DNA from: Candidatus Omnitrophota bacterium
GTDB lineage: Bacteria; Omnitrophota; Gorgyraeia; Pluralincolimonadales; Pluralincolimonadaceae
Length of the DNA stretch: 64,000 bases
Direction of reading: 5' to 3'
Assembly: GCA_003141835.1 (NCBI GenBank)
Contig: PLNR01000007.1
Location: 3,639-67,638, forward strand
The notes below the pieces were generated by a model. The model was not told where the DNA came from and searched no databases. It saw only the letters and a program-made list of their open reading frames with translations. Numbering within the stretch: position 1 is the stretch's first letter; each line of letters starts with the position of its first letter. The translations under genes were made by a program, and so were the position numbers. Shown here one piece after another: positions 19,211 through 29,604 of the stretch.

Positions 19211-21987
19211 CCCAGCCGGAGAAAGAATTAAAAAAGATCATCAAAGGCGACGTCCTCTTTGATGATATGGCCCGCTATGTCTATTCGTTCGGCGCCTCGA
19301 TCTATAAGATAAAACCAAAAGGCGTCGTCATACCTAAAGACAAAAATGATGTCGTCGAGCTCGTCAAATACGCTTCGCGCAACAATATCCCGCTTACCGC
19401 GCGCGGCGCGTGCACAAGCCTCGCCGGACAGGCGGTCGGCAACGGCATAATAATCGATTTCACAAAATACATGAACAAGGCCGTCGACTATAAAGGCGGC
19501 GATACGGTCACGGTCCAGCCCGGCATAGTCTACGGCGAATTGAATAAATTAACGGCCAAATACGGGAAATTTTTCCCGCCGGACCCGTCGAGCGGCGCTT
19601 ATTGCACGATAGGCGGGATGATCGCCGATAATTCCGGCGGCCCGCATTCGATAAAATACGGCACCGCAGCGGATTGGATCCTCGAGCTCGAGGTCGTCCT
19701 CGCTAATGGTGACAGGGTAACCCTGCTACCGCGCGCGAAGATAAAAAATATTTCGGCCCCGCTCGCGGAATTGCTTAAAGGGAACGAAGAGACCATAAAA
19801 AAGTACGCTCCCAAGGTCATGAGGAGCTCGAGCGGATACAATGTATACGATATCCTTAAGGGCGACATCGTAGACCTGGTGAAATTAATGGCCGGGTCCG
19901 AGGGGACGCTTGCGGTCATAACGGAAGCGAAGTTGAAATTGGCGCCGCTGCCGGGGTTCCGCGCCACGCTTTTACTTTCCCTGAAAGACCTCCGGTCGCT
20001 GGGCGATGCCGTAGCGGAATTGCGCAAGCTATCGCCGTCCGCTGTAGAGTTCATGGACGAAACTTTCATTAAACTTGCCGTCGAGGCGGAACCGAAGCTT
20101 ACAGACCTGCTCCGGAGCGCGTCAAAGGGAGTATTGCTCGTCGAACTGGAAGAGGCAAGCACGCCCGCCCTTGACGAGAAGATAGCTGCGGTAAAGGAAC
20201 GGCTCCTCGGAGAGGGGAAGTTTATATCCGGGATAAATGCCGCGAAGGATGCGGACGAGCAGGACCGCATCTGGGGAGTCAGGCGCGCGGCGGTCCCGAT
20301 CACTAACAGGATAAAAGGAAAGAAACGCCCGATACCGTTCATCGAGGACGCGATAGTCCCGCCGGAGAACCTCGGCGATTTTTTAATAGGCGCTTACGCG
20401 ATATTCGAGAAATACGGCGTAGAGGCGTGCGTCTACGGGCATGCCGGCGACGGCAACATGCATATACGGCCGCTCCTCGACATGAAGGACAAGGCCGACC
20501 TCGCAAAGATCGACAGCATAGCCGACGATTTTTACAGGATGGTCATCTCCCTCGGCGGCTCGACGACGGCCGAACACGGCGATGGAATCCTAAGGATTCC
20601 ATACCTCAAGAAACAGTTCGGCCCGCTTTACGATGTTTTCGTAAAGATAAAGGATATATTCGACCCGAAGGGCATTTTAAATCCCGGGAAAAAGATAGGG
20701 AAAGACGCCGGCATCACCCATGACCTCATCTATGACCCCGATATAAAATACGTCAGCACCAAGACGGTATTCGATTCCGGGAAGATAAGGGAGGAGATAG
20801 AGAGGTGCCACGCCTGCGGCCTTTGCAGGAACGTCTGCCCGGTGAATGTTAACCTGCCGCAGGAACTCGCTTCGCCGCGCGCGAAGGCGGCGATACTCAA
20901 GGCCATCATCACCGGAGAGCTGGACAAAAAAATTCTCCTCAGCCCCGCCATCAAGGAAGTCCTCGACCTTTGCATCAATTGCAAGTCCTGCCGCGTCGAA
21001 TGCCCGACAGGCGCCGACGTCTCAGGGCTTTGCGCCATGGCGAAAGAGATATATGTCAGGGAATGGGGAATTCCTTTCTCCCAGTCGATCCTCGAGAATA
21101 TGAGGCTCCTCGGGTCGGCCTCGGCCGAATTGACGTCCCTCGCCGATATCCTAATGTGTACCGCGTTCGGCAGGAGCCTGATGGAAGCATTCCTAGGCCT
21201 GGACAAGAGGCGAATCCTTCCCAGGCCGAGCGTGCCGCCGTTTGAAAAAAGAAAATTAAGCGGGAAGGGCGGCAGGAGGAAGGTCGCGTATTTTTATGGT
21301 TGCTATGTGAATTTCTTCAATGCGGAAGGCGAAGGCGCGGCCGTGCTTAAGGTGTTCGAGAAAAATGATATAGATGTCATCATCCCGCGCCAGAGATGCT
21401 GCGGTATCCCGAGCATCTCATCGGGCAACGCGGACGCGGTCAAGGCGGATATTGCCTATAACCTCAAATACCTCAATGAAGCTGTCAAGTCGGGATGCGA
21501 TATTGTGACCGGATGCCCGAGCTGCGGGCTCGCGATCAAGGAAGATTACCCGAGGATACTGTCTACACCCACGGCGCTCCTCGTCTCGCAGAAGACCTTT
21601 GATATCCATGAATACCTGTGGCTCTTGTTCAACGAGGGCGAGATGAACACCGATTTCAAATCCTCGCAGAAGACCGTCGTATTCCATGTGCCCTGCCACC
21701 TGAAGGCGCAGGAGATCGGCGACCTGCAGGAGTGCCTGGTCGAGCTGATCCCGGGGATACTGATAAAGAAGATCGCGGATTCCTGCTGCGGCATGGGCGG
21801 GACGTTCGGGCTCAAAAAGAAGAACTACGACTTATCGCTCGCCATCGGGGAAAGATTGTTCGACGCGATAAAAGAAGCGAAGGCCGACTACGTAGTCACA
21901 AGCTGCGGAGCGTGCAAGGCCCAGATATTCCAGGCCACTTCAGCGAAGGTCATCCATCCTATCGAGCTCCTCGCCGAATCTTATTGA
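19207..21987 (+). CDS. FAD-linked 2-hydroxyacid dehydrogenase fused to Fe-S and CCG domains (GlcD/GlpC-like)
   Basis: RGACTSLAGQ, PDPSS, GSEGTLA, HAGDGNMH, AEHGDG, NPGK; two CxxCxxCxxxCP motifs; CCG domains. Confidence 0.88.
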   Translation: MTQPEKELKKIIKGDVLFDDMARYVYSFGASIYKIKPKGVVIPKDKNDVVELVKYASRNNIPLTARGACTSLAGQAVGNGIIIDFTKYMNKAVDYKGGDTVTVQPGIVYGELNKLTAKYGKFFPPDPSSGAYCTIGGMIADNSGGPHSIKYGTAADWILELEVVLANGDRVTLLPRAKIKNISAPLAELLKGNEETIKKYAPKVMRSSSGYNVYDILKGDIVDLVKLMAGSEGTLAVITEAKLKLAPLPGFRATLLLSLKDLRSLGDAVAELRKLSPSAVEFMDETFIKLAVEAEPKLTDLLRSASKGVLLVELEEASTPALDEKIAAVKERLLGEGKFISGINAAKDADEQDRIWGVRRAAVPITNRIKGKKRPIPFIEDAIVPPENLGDFLIGAYAIFEKYGVEACVYGHAGDGNMHIRPLLDMKDKADLAKIDSIADDFYRMVISLGGSTTAEHGDGILRIPYLKKQFGPLYDVFVKIKDIFDPKGILNPGKKIGKDAGITHDLIYDPDIKYVSTKTVFDSGKIREEIERCHACGLCRNVCPVNVNLPQELASPRAKAAILKAIITGELDKKILLSPAIKEVLDLCINCKSCRVECPTGADVSGLCAMAKEIYVREWGIPFSQSILENMRLLGSASAELTSLADILMCTAFGRSLMEAFLGLDKRRILPRPSVPPFEKRKLSGKGGRRKVAYFYGCYVNFFNAEGEGAAVLKVFEKNDIDVIIPRQRCCGIPSISSGNADAVKADIAYNLKYLNEAVKSGCDIVTGCPSCGLAIKEDYPRILSTPTALLVSQKTFDIHEYLWLLFNEGEMNTDFKSSQKTVVFHVPCHLKAQEIGDLQECLVELIPGILIKKIADSCCGMGGTFGLKKKNYDLSLAIGERLFDAIKEAKADYVVTSCGACKAQIFQATSAKVIHPIELLAESY

Positions 21988-23104
21988 GGATTATTTCCGC
22001 GGCGCGACTGCTCGCGCCCGGCCCGCCCAATCCTGACCTTACCGCGGCAAGGCGCGTCCTCATCGCTTCCATTTTTTCGGGGGAGGATAAGAGCGAGGAG
22101 GCCTCGGAGGTTATCTTTGAAGGCGTGGCGTCGAATTGCACCAGCTCCGGCACTATCTTTTCCCCGGCGATGATATTCACCAGCCCGATATTCGGTATCC
22201 TTACCAGCATTTTTCCAATAAGCCATGTAAGCAAAGAGACCTTGTAAATTATCAGCATCGGCTTATCGAGTATCATCGTCTCTACCGTCGCCGTCCCTGA
22301 GGCGACCAGCACAAGTTCCGCGGCATTTATACAATCATACGGGTAACCTTCCGCGACCACCGGCTTAAGAGGCGCCCTCTTCAATATTTTTTCGTATACG
22401 GAAGAGCTTATCTCCGCCGGCTTGGCCAGTATGAACTGCGAATCCCCGAACCTGTCCTTTATCCTCTTGGCAGCCTTTAACATTATGGGGAGATTTCTTT
22501 CTATCTCCGTGAGGCGCGAGCCGGGGAGGAGGGCGATCGTCTTAAAGGCCGGTTCAAGCCCGTATTTTTTCATGAACTCCTCTTTTTTAAACGACGGCCT
22601 TACCGAATCGAGCAGGGGATGGCCCACGAATTCCACGTCGACGCCTTCTTCCGCATAGAAATCCTTTTCAAAACCCAGGATGACGATCATCTTGTCGACG
22701 TATTCCTTGATGATATTTACGCGTTCCTTGCGCCAGGCCCATATCTGCGGGCTGATGTAATATATGACCGGGATGCCGCGCTTCTTCGCCTCTTTCGCGA
22801 ATCGCAGGTTGAATTCCGGGTAATCTATGAGGACGACGCAATCAGGTTTTTCGGAATCGAGTTTTCCTGCGAGGAGGTTGAAGGCGGCCTTGAATTTCCC
22901 GAGGCTGCTCAATATCTCGATGAGGCCAATGACCGAAAGGTCTTTTATGTCCTGGAATGACTGCAGGCCGGCCTTTACCATCTTCTCGCCGCCCATCCCG
23001 ATGAGTTTTACGTCCGGTTCCAGCTCTTTTAACGCGAGAGCGAGGCTTGAGCCGTGCAGGTCGCCCGAAGCCTCGCCAGCTATTATCATTATCTTTTTAG
23101 GCAT
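21959..23104 (-). CDS. lpxB: lipid-A-disaccharide synthase
   Basis: AGEASGDLHG, IDYPEFN, YYISPQIWAWR, FVGHPL, LLPGSR, ASGTAT. Confidence 0.96.
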   Translation of the reverse strand: MPKKIMIIAGEASGDLHGSSLALALKELEPDVKLIGMGGEKMVKAGLQSFQDIKDLSVIGLIEILSSLGKFKAAFNLLAGKLDSEKPDCVVLIDYPEFNLRFAKEAKKRGIPVIYYISPQIWAWRKERVNIIKEYVDKMIVILGFEKDFYAEEGVDVEFVGHPLLDSVRPSFKKEEFMKKYGLEPAFKTIALLPGSRLTEIERNLPIMLKAAKRIKDRFGDSQFILAKPAEISSSVYEKILKRAPLKPVVAEGYPYDCINAAELVLVASGTATVETMILDKPMLIIYKVSLLTWLIGKMLVRIPNIGLVNIIAGEKIVPELVQFDATPSKITSEASSLLSSPEKMEAMRTRLAAVRSGLGGPGASSRAAEIILNKIRRGAR

Positions 23105-24029
23105 TATTCTTTAAATTTTCTTTTATAGCGTCCTCTATTTGCAGGGCTATCTTCAGCGCGTCGCGCCCTTCCTCGCCGGAGACGAGCGGCCGCTCGCCGG
23201 TCCTGATGCAGTTGACGAACGCCTCGAGCTCCTTTTTCAGGGGTTCCTCTTTTTTGATATTGATGAGCTTGCCGGTTATCCTGTTGTTTATCTTCCTGTA
23301 AAGGACGGCGTCTTGCTTTATGTAATCGAGCGATATATAACAGTCGTCTTTGAAGAGGCGAATCTTGCGCATCTCGGCTTTCGTGACGCGGCTTGCGGTC
23401 AGGTTCGCGACAGCCCCGTTCTTGAATCTTATCCTGACGTTGGCGAGGTCCTCGTGGTCGGTCAGGATATTTACGCCGACCGCGTCTATCGAGACGACCT
23501 CGGATTTGACGAGGCCGAGGATTATGTCTATGTCGTGTATCATCAGGTCGAGGACCACTCCGACGTCGAGGGCTCGTTTCTTGAAAGGCCCGAGGCGGTG
23601 GCATTCGATGAACCTGACGTTGCCCGGGATCTCGTCGAGGGCGCGGACCGCGGCGTTGAACCTTTCTATGTGCCCGACCTGGATTATTAGGTTGCGGTCC
23701 CTGGCGATGTTCAAGAGGTCATCGGCCTCGCCGACGAATTTTGTCACCGGTTTCTCGATAAGGACCGATACACCGTTTAAGAGGCAATCTTTAGCTACAT
23801 TATAGTGGAGTTCGGTCGGGACGACGACCGAGGCGCAGTTCACCACGCCGAACATCTGCCTGTAATCGGTAAATGTGCTGGTCCTGTATTTCCTGGCGAA
23901 TTTCTTCGCGCGCCGGATATCAGTATCGCATATCCCGGCTAGCTCGACGCCATCCATGCCCGCGTATATGCGCGCGTGGTGCTGACCGAGATGGCCTACG
24001 CCTATTACCCCTACCTTTATCTTGTCCAT
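23097..24029 (-). CDS. Gfo/Idh/MocA oxidoreductase (GnnA-like UDP-GlcNAc 3-dehydrogenase)
   Basis: GVIGVGHLG, IEKP, VGHIERFN, DLMIHDID; adjacent to lpxB. Confidence 0.85.
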   Translation of the reverse strand: MDKIKVGVIGVGHLGQHHARIYAGMDGVELAGICDTDIRRAKKFARKYRTSTFTDYRQMFGVVNCASVVVPTELHYNVAKDCLLNGVSVLIEKPVTKFVGEADDLLNIARDRNLIIQVGHIERFNAAVRALDEIPGNVRFIECHRLGPFKKRALDVGVVLDLMIHDIDIILGLVKSEVVSIDAVGVNILTDHEDLANVRIRFKNGAVANLTASRVTKAEMRKIRLFKDDCYISLDYIKQDAVLYRKINNRITGKLINIKKEEPLKKELEAFVNCIRTGERPLVSGEEGRDALKIALQIEDAIKENLKNNA

Positions 24030-24104
24030 GGTTTATTAAGCAGTATTTTATCAAGTCGCACTGCGATTAACAACATTTATTCTGCGGGGGGATTAATTAT
24101 TTGT

Positions 24105-24133
24105 TTGTCTTGACGCGAGAATACATATATAAT
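24105..24133 (+). promoter_or_regulatory. putative sigma70 promoter of autotransporter 1
   Basis: TTGTCT-17 nt-TATAAT, followed by a GGAGG RBS. Confidence 0.5.
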
Positions 24134-24171
24134 ATGCCAAAGTAGGCAGAAAAGGGGAGGAGGGTTTTATC

Positions 24172-27100
24172 ATGAGCCTTAAAAAGGAAACTTGCGTTCA
24201 TCGTAAAATAATTACGCTTTTGATTGTATCCGTAATAGCGGTGTTCGCGTTCATTAAGCCGGCCGGCGCGGCGACAGTTAACGTAACGAATACAAATGAC
24301 AGCGGGCTGGGCTCGCTCAGGCAGGCGATAACAGACCTGAACGCGACCGGAGCCGACGGCGATATCATCCAATTTACCGTGGCAGGCACTATCACTTTGG
24401 CCACCGGCCTTCCTCTTCTCACCCACGAGACGAAATTCGATCCCAACGGCAACGACGTCACATTGACGGGCAAAAACGGCGGAACGGACGCGGGTAAATG
24501 GTTTAAAGTCGAAGGCGCGAGCACAAACACCGTTACTTTCGGGACCGGCACGACGTGGTCGGTTGCCGGCGGGCTGGTCGTCGGAGATAACGCTAAAGGC
24601 TCGATGACCATTTCAGGCGGCGGTTCGGTGACCAACGCCGATAAAGCATATGTCGGTGGAGGCGCAGGCTCAAACGGTGCCATAACTGTTAACGGAGCAG
24701 GTTCCACCTGGACCAATGCCCAGGATATATTTGTCGGCCACCTTGGCACCGGTACCCTGACCATCTCCAACGGCGGTACTGTAAGCGATACCTACGGCAA
24801 TATCGGAAGTAATGTAGGCGGAATCGGCACCGTAACGGTTGACGGGGCGGCCGGCGCCACGCACTCCACTTGGACCAATAACACGGGGCTTATCGTCGGC
24901 AATACCGGCACCGGCACATTGAATATCACCAACGGCGGCCACGTCACCAACGTCTGGGACTCATTTCTCGGCGTCGGGGCGGGATCTTCCGGCACCGTTA
25001 ATGTCGACGGCGCAGGTTCAACGTGGACCAATACCGCAAAGATGTATGTCGGATCCGACCGCACCGGCATATTAACCATTTCCAGCGGCGGTTCGGTAAG
25101 CGATGCCCATGGTTATATCGGCGGTTTCGCGGGCTCAGACGGTACCGTGACCGTCAAAAATGCGGGTTCCTCTTGGGTCAATGTTGCCGGAGGGGGCAAC
25201 GATGGCGGTCTCAGTATCGGCGACATCGGCACCGGCACGCTGCATATCCAGAGCGGCGGCGCTGTGACCAGCGATTACGTAGATCTTGGCATTAACAATA
25301 CCGGCACCATAACCGTTGACGGTGCCGGTTCTACCTTGACCAGCAATGGTGACCTTAATGTCGGCAAAGCCGTCACTGGTATAAAAACCGGAACATTGAC
25401 CGTCACTAACGGCGGCGCGGTAAGCAGCGTTCACGGTTATATAGGCAAGGACGCCGGTTCAAACGGTAATGCCACGGTTAGCGGTGCAGGTTCCACATGG
25501 ACCAATACCACCGATCTGTATGTCGGTTCCAGCGGTAACGGTGACCTGACGATATCAGGCGGAGGCACCGTAACGGTCGCGGGCGGGGCAGGAACGGTTA
25601 CCGTCGGAAATATTGCGGGTTCCGACGGCGTACTTTTCATAGGCAACGCCGGGGCAGCCGGTACTTTAAATGCCACGGAGGTTACCGGAGGCCTGGGCAC
25701 CGCGACACTGGCCTTCAACCATACCGATGCAGCCTATACTTTTGCGCCCCTGATCTCCGGCAGTTTGAGCGTTGAGCAGGATGGCGCCGGCACCACGGCC
25801 CCCACAGCCGCCAACACCTACACCGGCGTAACGACGTTAAATGCCGGAACTTTAGGCATTGCCACGATCAGTAACGGTGGTACGGCAAGTAACCTTGGTG
25901 CCGCTACGAGCGCCGCGGCCAATCTCGTTTTCGCGGGCGGCACGCTGAAATATACCGGCGCCGACGCAGCCACCGACCGGAATTTTACTATCGCTGCAAA
26001 TAAGGCAGCCGTCATAGAGGTGACCGTAAATACCCTGACAATGAACGGAGCAAGTACCGGAGTGACGAACGGCGGATTGACCAAGACCGGCAACGGCACT
26101 CTTGTCCTGGCGGGAGCCAGCGCTTACACGGGAGCCACTGCGATAAATGCCGGCAGGTTAGCGGCCAGGAACGCCAACGCCCTAGGCAACGGATCGGCGG
26201 TTACTGTCGCGAACGGCGCTACACTTGACGTCGGGACTACCAATGTCACGGTTAATAATACCTATACCCAGGATGCCGGCTCGACCCTGGCCCTTACCGT
26301 CTCAGGGCCGTCATCGTCGGGCAAGATAACATCCGACCACGCTGCGGCCGTATCTGCAGGGAGCAATGTCAATGTTACGGTCCCAGGCAGTATCTATATT
26401 CCTAATAACGCCACATTCACGGTAATAGACGCTGCGGCAGGCGCCGGAGTAAACGCCCCCGGCACTATCACGTCAAGCGATCCCCGCCTGACGTTCTCGG
26501 CTATAAGCTCAAACGGCAGCCTTATACTTATGGTAAACCGTTCCGCGACCGGTTTCTCCAGCATAGCCACAAATTCCAATTCCGCCGCCGTAGGCGCGGT
26601 CCTCGATAACATAACAAACCCGACAGCCGATATGACGACCGTCTTGAATACGCTCGAGGGTTTGAGCGCTTCACAGGCAGCTTCAGCCCTTGATACCATT
26701 GTCCCGACCATGGATAGCGGAGTGGTCACAACCAGCACCACCTCACTTAACGGGTTCACCGGGGTAACGATCGAAAGGCTCGGAGAGCTTTTTGCCCAAG
26801 CCCGCGACGCCGAGACCGGCGTGTCTACGGGAAGCGAGGGATCTAAGGGCATTGAGGCCTGGGGCCGCGGCTTCGGTGAATATGTGCACCAGAGTCCTCG
26901 CGGGACAAGCAACGGCTATTTCGCGACGGTCTGGGGTACGGCCATCGGCGGCGATATCCCGGTATTTGATGACAGGGTCCGTGTGGGTTTGAGCGGAGGA
27001 TATGCGAGGAGCGATATCAATTCCAAAGATAACAGCGGCAGGACGGATATCAACAGCTACCAGGGCACATTATACGGCGGTTACATAGACGGCAATAATC

Positions 27101-27684
27101 CCTACTACATAAACGGCGCTTTCTCCTTCGTGTATAACCAGTACAAGGGCTTAAGGAATATATCCGTCGGTACTATCCAAAGGACTGCCGACGCCGATTA
27201 CGACGGCCAACAGTATTCTATATTATTAGACGGGGGCTATACCTTCAAGGCCGGCGACCTGCGGATAACCCCGCTGGCGTCATTGCAATATCTCCGCCTG
27301 CACCTCCAGAGCTATACCGAAAGCGGGGCGGATGCGCTTGATCTAAATGTGAAGAGCCAGAATTACGATATGCTCCAGTCGGGTGTGGGCCTGAGGTTAG
27401 AGCGGCCCTTCGAAGTCGAATACGGCATACTTACGCCCGAGGTCCACGCCAAATGGCTCTACGATTTCATAGGTGACAAACAGGAGACGACTTCTACGTT
27501 CTCCGGCGGCGGCGGCTCGTTCGCCACGCAGGGATTCAAACCCGCGCAAAACGCGTTAAATGCCGGGGCGAAGCTTACGTATAACATTAAAGATAACTGG
27601 TCCATCGACGCTAATTATGATTTTGAATATAAAGAAGACTTCGTTGCCCACACAGGTTGGATCGATCTGGGATACAGGTTCTAG
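24172..27684 (+). CDS. autotransporter (type Va) with Gly/Thr-rich beta-helix repeats
   Basis: Signal peptide, NDSGLGSLRQAI, repeated GTGTLTI.NGG.V..VDGAGSTWTN units, LTKTGNGTL..NTYTG repeats, beta-barrel ending in YRF. Confidence 0.9.
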   Translation: MSLKKETCVHRKIITLLIVSVIAVFAFIKPAGAATVNVTNTNDSGLGSLRQAITDLNATGADGDIIQFTVAGTITLATGLPLLTHETKFDPNGNDVTLTGKNGGTDAGKWFKVEGASTNTVTFGTGTTWSVAGGLVVGDNAKGSMTISGGGSVTNADKAYVGGGAGSNGAITVNGAGSTWTNAQDIFVGHLGTGTLTISNGGTVSDTYGNIGSNVGGIGTVTVDGAAGATHSTWTNNTGLIVGNTGTGTLNITNGGHVTNVWDSFLGVGAGSSGTVNVDGAGSTWTNTAKMYVGSDRTGILTISSGGSVSDAHGYIGGFAGSDGTVTVKNAGSSWVNVAGGGNDGGLSIGDIGTGTLHIQSGGAVTSDYVDLGINNTGTITVDGAGSTLTSNGDLNVGKAVTGIKTGTLTVTNGGAVSSVHGYIGKDAGSNGNATVSGAGSTWTNTTDLYVGSSGNGDLTISGGGTVTVAGGAGTVTVGNIAGSDGVLFIGNAGAAGTLNATEVTGGLGTATLAFNHTDAAYTFAPLISGSLSVEQDGAGTTAPTAANTYTGVTTLNAGTLGIATISNGGTASNLGAATSAAANLVFAGGTLKYTGADAATDRNFTIAANKAAVIEVTVNTLTMNGASTGVTNGGLTKTGNGTLVLAGASAYTGATAINAGRLAARNANALGNGSAVTVANGATLDVGTTNVTVNNTYTQDAGSTLALTVSGPSSSGKITSDHAAAVSAGSNVNVTVPGSIYIPNNATFTVIDAAAGAGVNAPGTITSSDPRLTFSAISSNGSLILMVNRSATGFSSIATNSNSAAVGAVLDNITNPTADMTTVLNTLEGLSASQAASALDTIVPTMDSGVVTTSTTSLNGFTGVTIERLGELFAQARDAETGVSTGSEGSKGIEAWGRGFGEYVHQSPRGTSNGYFATVWGTAIGGDIPVFDDRVRVGLSGGYARSDINSKDNSGRTDINSYQGTLYGGYIDGNNPYYINGAFSFVYNQYKGLRNISVGTIQRTADADYDGQQYSILLDGGYTFKAGDLRITPLASLQYLRLHLQSYTESGADALDLNVKSQNYDMLQSGVGLRLERPFEVEYGILTPEVHAKWLYDFIGDKQETTSTFSGGGGSFATQGFKPAQNALNAGAKLTYNIKDNWSIDANYDFEYKEDFVAHTGWIDLGYRF

Positions 27685-27687
27685 GCT

Positions 27688-29520
27688 TTGAAGCTCTACC
27701 TGCGGCTCCTGAAGTTTTTAAATCCCCACATCCGGTTATTGTCACTGGCCACGTTTTTTATGCTCTTGAACAGCGTGGCGACCAACGGCGTTTCTGTCTC
27801 GATGGTAATCCCGCTTGTGGACAAGATAATCGGCGGAAAACAGATAGTACTTCCGACGAAAGTTCCGGATTTTATACAGAATATCGTAAATAGCATAAAC
27901 GTCATGTCGACGGCAGACCTCTTTAAGTGGCTGATATGGTTCCTCCTTGTGGCGTTTCTCCTGAAGGAAATATTCACTTTTTTACAATCGTACCTTATGA
28001 CCGATGTAAGCACGCGTGTCCTGACAGACCTGCGCAACAAGGTTTACAACAAGCTTCTTGATTTCTCACTAGACTTCTATACTAAAGAACATGCCGGAAA
28101 CCTCGTATCCCGAATCACTTACGACACAAGCATAATACAGAATTCAATAACCGAAGGATTGACCACTCTCGTCTCCCAGAGCTTCCAGGTAGTCGTATGC
28201 CTGGTCATGGTTTTTTCAGTACGGGCGATATACAAAATAGATTGGATGCTCCTTATCCTTAGCATGCTGGTCCTGCCTACGCTGGTTTATCCCATAGTGA
28301 GGATAGGCAAGAAGCTCAAGAAGATCTCGACTAGCACGCAGGAACAAATGGGAGCGGTAACAACGACGCTTTTTGAGACGATCTCGGGAATACGTGTTGT
28401 AAAAGCCTTCGGAATGGAGGAATACGAACGTAATAAATTTGCCAAACAGAATCACGGCCTTTACAGGTTATTCATGAAGTCGGCAAAGAGAGAGCAGCTT
28501 ATAGGCCCCATAACCGAATATATAGGCGTTGTGTGCGCGGCTCTCGTACTTTGGTTGGGAGGCAGCAAGGTCGTGTCCGGCGAGCTGAGCGCCGGCGCTT
28601 TTATAGCTTTTTTGGTATCATTGATGCTTATGGTAAGGCCGTTCAACCAGCTCAGCCGGGTCTACTCGATAATCCAGAAGGCGCTTGCCGCGGCAGAACG
28701 GATATATAATATAATGGATACCGAAGCCACCATAAAAGACATGCCGAATGCCGTTGCGATACCTGTCCTTAAGGACAGGATAACATTCAAAAACATCAAT
28801 TTTGGATACGATTCGGTCCCCGTCCTCAAGGATATTGGTCTTGAAGTGAAAAAAGGCGAAGTGGTCGCCATAGTCGGCCCTAGCGGGTGCGGCAAATCTA
28901 CGTTAGTCAACCTGATCCCGAGGTTTTATGACCCGACCAGGGGGGAGGTCCTTATAGATGGCCGTGACATAAAAAGCGCTACACTTGAATCGTTGCGCGG
29001 CCAAGTAGGCATCGTTACCCAGGAGACGATACTCTTCCACGACACGATAAGGGCTAATATCGCCTACGGCGGGCAGGTTGCCTCAGACGAGGAGATCGCG
29101 AATGCCGCCAAAATAGCCAATGCCCACGACTTCATCTCGAAACTGCCGGAGGGCTATAATACGATTGTCGGGGAGAGGGGCCACAGGATATCGGGCGGCG
29201 AAAGGCAGAGGATAGCCATAGCCCGCGCCGTGCTCAGGAATGAGTCTATTTTGATATTAGATGAGGCGACCTCCCAACTCGACATGGAGTCGGAGAAGCT
29301 TGTCCAGGATGCCCTGGAGAAGCTGATGAAGGGCAGGACCGTCTTTGTCATCGCCCACAGGCTCTCAACCGTCAAATTTGCCACCAAGATCATCGTTTTG
29401 GACAAGGGAAGGATAGTTGAGACAGGCACCCACGAGGAATTACTCCGCAAGAACGGCCTCTACAAGCGTCTCTACGACCTACAGTTCCTTGAGGAAGAGA
29501 CAAGGTCCTCTGAAGCGTAG
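27688..29520 (+). CDS. msbA: lipid A export ABC transporter (MsbA-like)
   Basis: TM domain plus GPSGCGKST, ISGGERQR, LDEATS, IAHRLST; TTG start; near lpxB. Confidence 0.82.
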   Translation: MKLYLRLLKFLNPHIRLLSLATFFMLLNSVATNGVSVSMVIPLVDKIIGGKQIVLPTKVPDFIQNIVNSINVMSTADLFKWLIWFLLVAFLLKEIFTFLQSYLMTDVSTRVLTDLRNKVYNKLLDFSLDFYTKEHAGNLVSRITYDTSIIQNSITEGLTTLVSQSFQVVVCLVMVFSVRAIYKIDWMLLILSMLVLPTLVYPIVRIGKKLKKISTSTQEQMGAVTTTLFETISGIRVVKAFGMEEYERNKFAKQNHGLYRLFMKSAKREQLIGPITEYIGVVCAALVLWLGGSKVVSGELSAGAFIAFLVSLMLMVRPFNQLSRVYSIIQKALAAAERIYNIMDTEATIKDMPNAVAIPVLKDRITFKNINFGYDSVPVLKDIGLEVKKGEVVAIVGPSGCGKSTLVNLIPRFYDPTRGEVLIDGRDIKSATLESLRGQVGIVTQETILFHDTIRANIAYGGQVASDEEIANAAKIANAHDFISKLPEGYNTIVGERGHRISGGERQRIAIARAVLRNESILILDEATSQLDMESEKLVQDALEKLMKGRTVFVIAHRLSTVKFATKIIVLDKGRIVETGTHEELLRKNGLYKRLYDLQFLEEETRSSEA

Positions 29521-29530
29521 CGAAAGAGGA
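29506..29530. repeat. REP-like hairpin at the msbA 3' end
   Basis: TCCTCT-GAAGCGTAGCGAA-AGAGGA. Confidence 0.45.
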
Positions 29531-29540
29531 TAGAAAAGGC

Positions 29541-29569
29541 TTGAAATAACCCTCTGGTTGTGCTAAAAT
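29541..29569 (+). promoter_or_regulatory. sigma70 promoter of rpsB-tsf-pyrH-frr
   Basis: TTGAAA-17 nt-TAAAAT with TG extension. Confidence 0.65.
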
Positions 29570-29604
29570 TTTCCCCTTAACCATAATAAAAGGAGGAAGT
29601 TGAA

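Noticed and set aside
21959-27690. Active invertible (phase-variable) segment
   Set aside because: No inverted repeats found at the putative breakpoints and no recombinase nearby; kept only as a possible historic inversion
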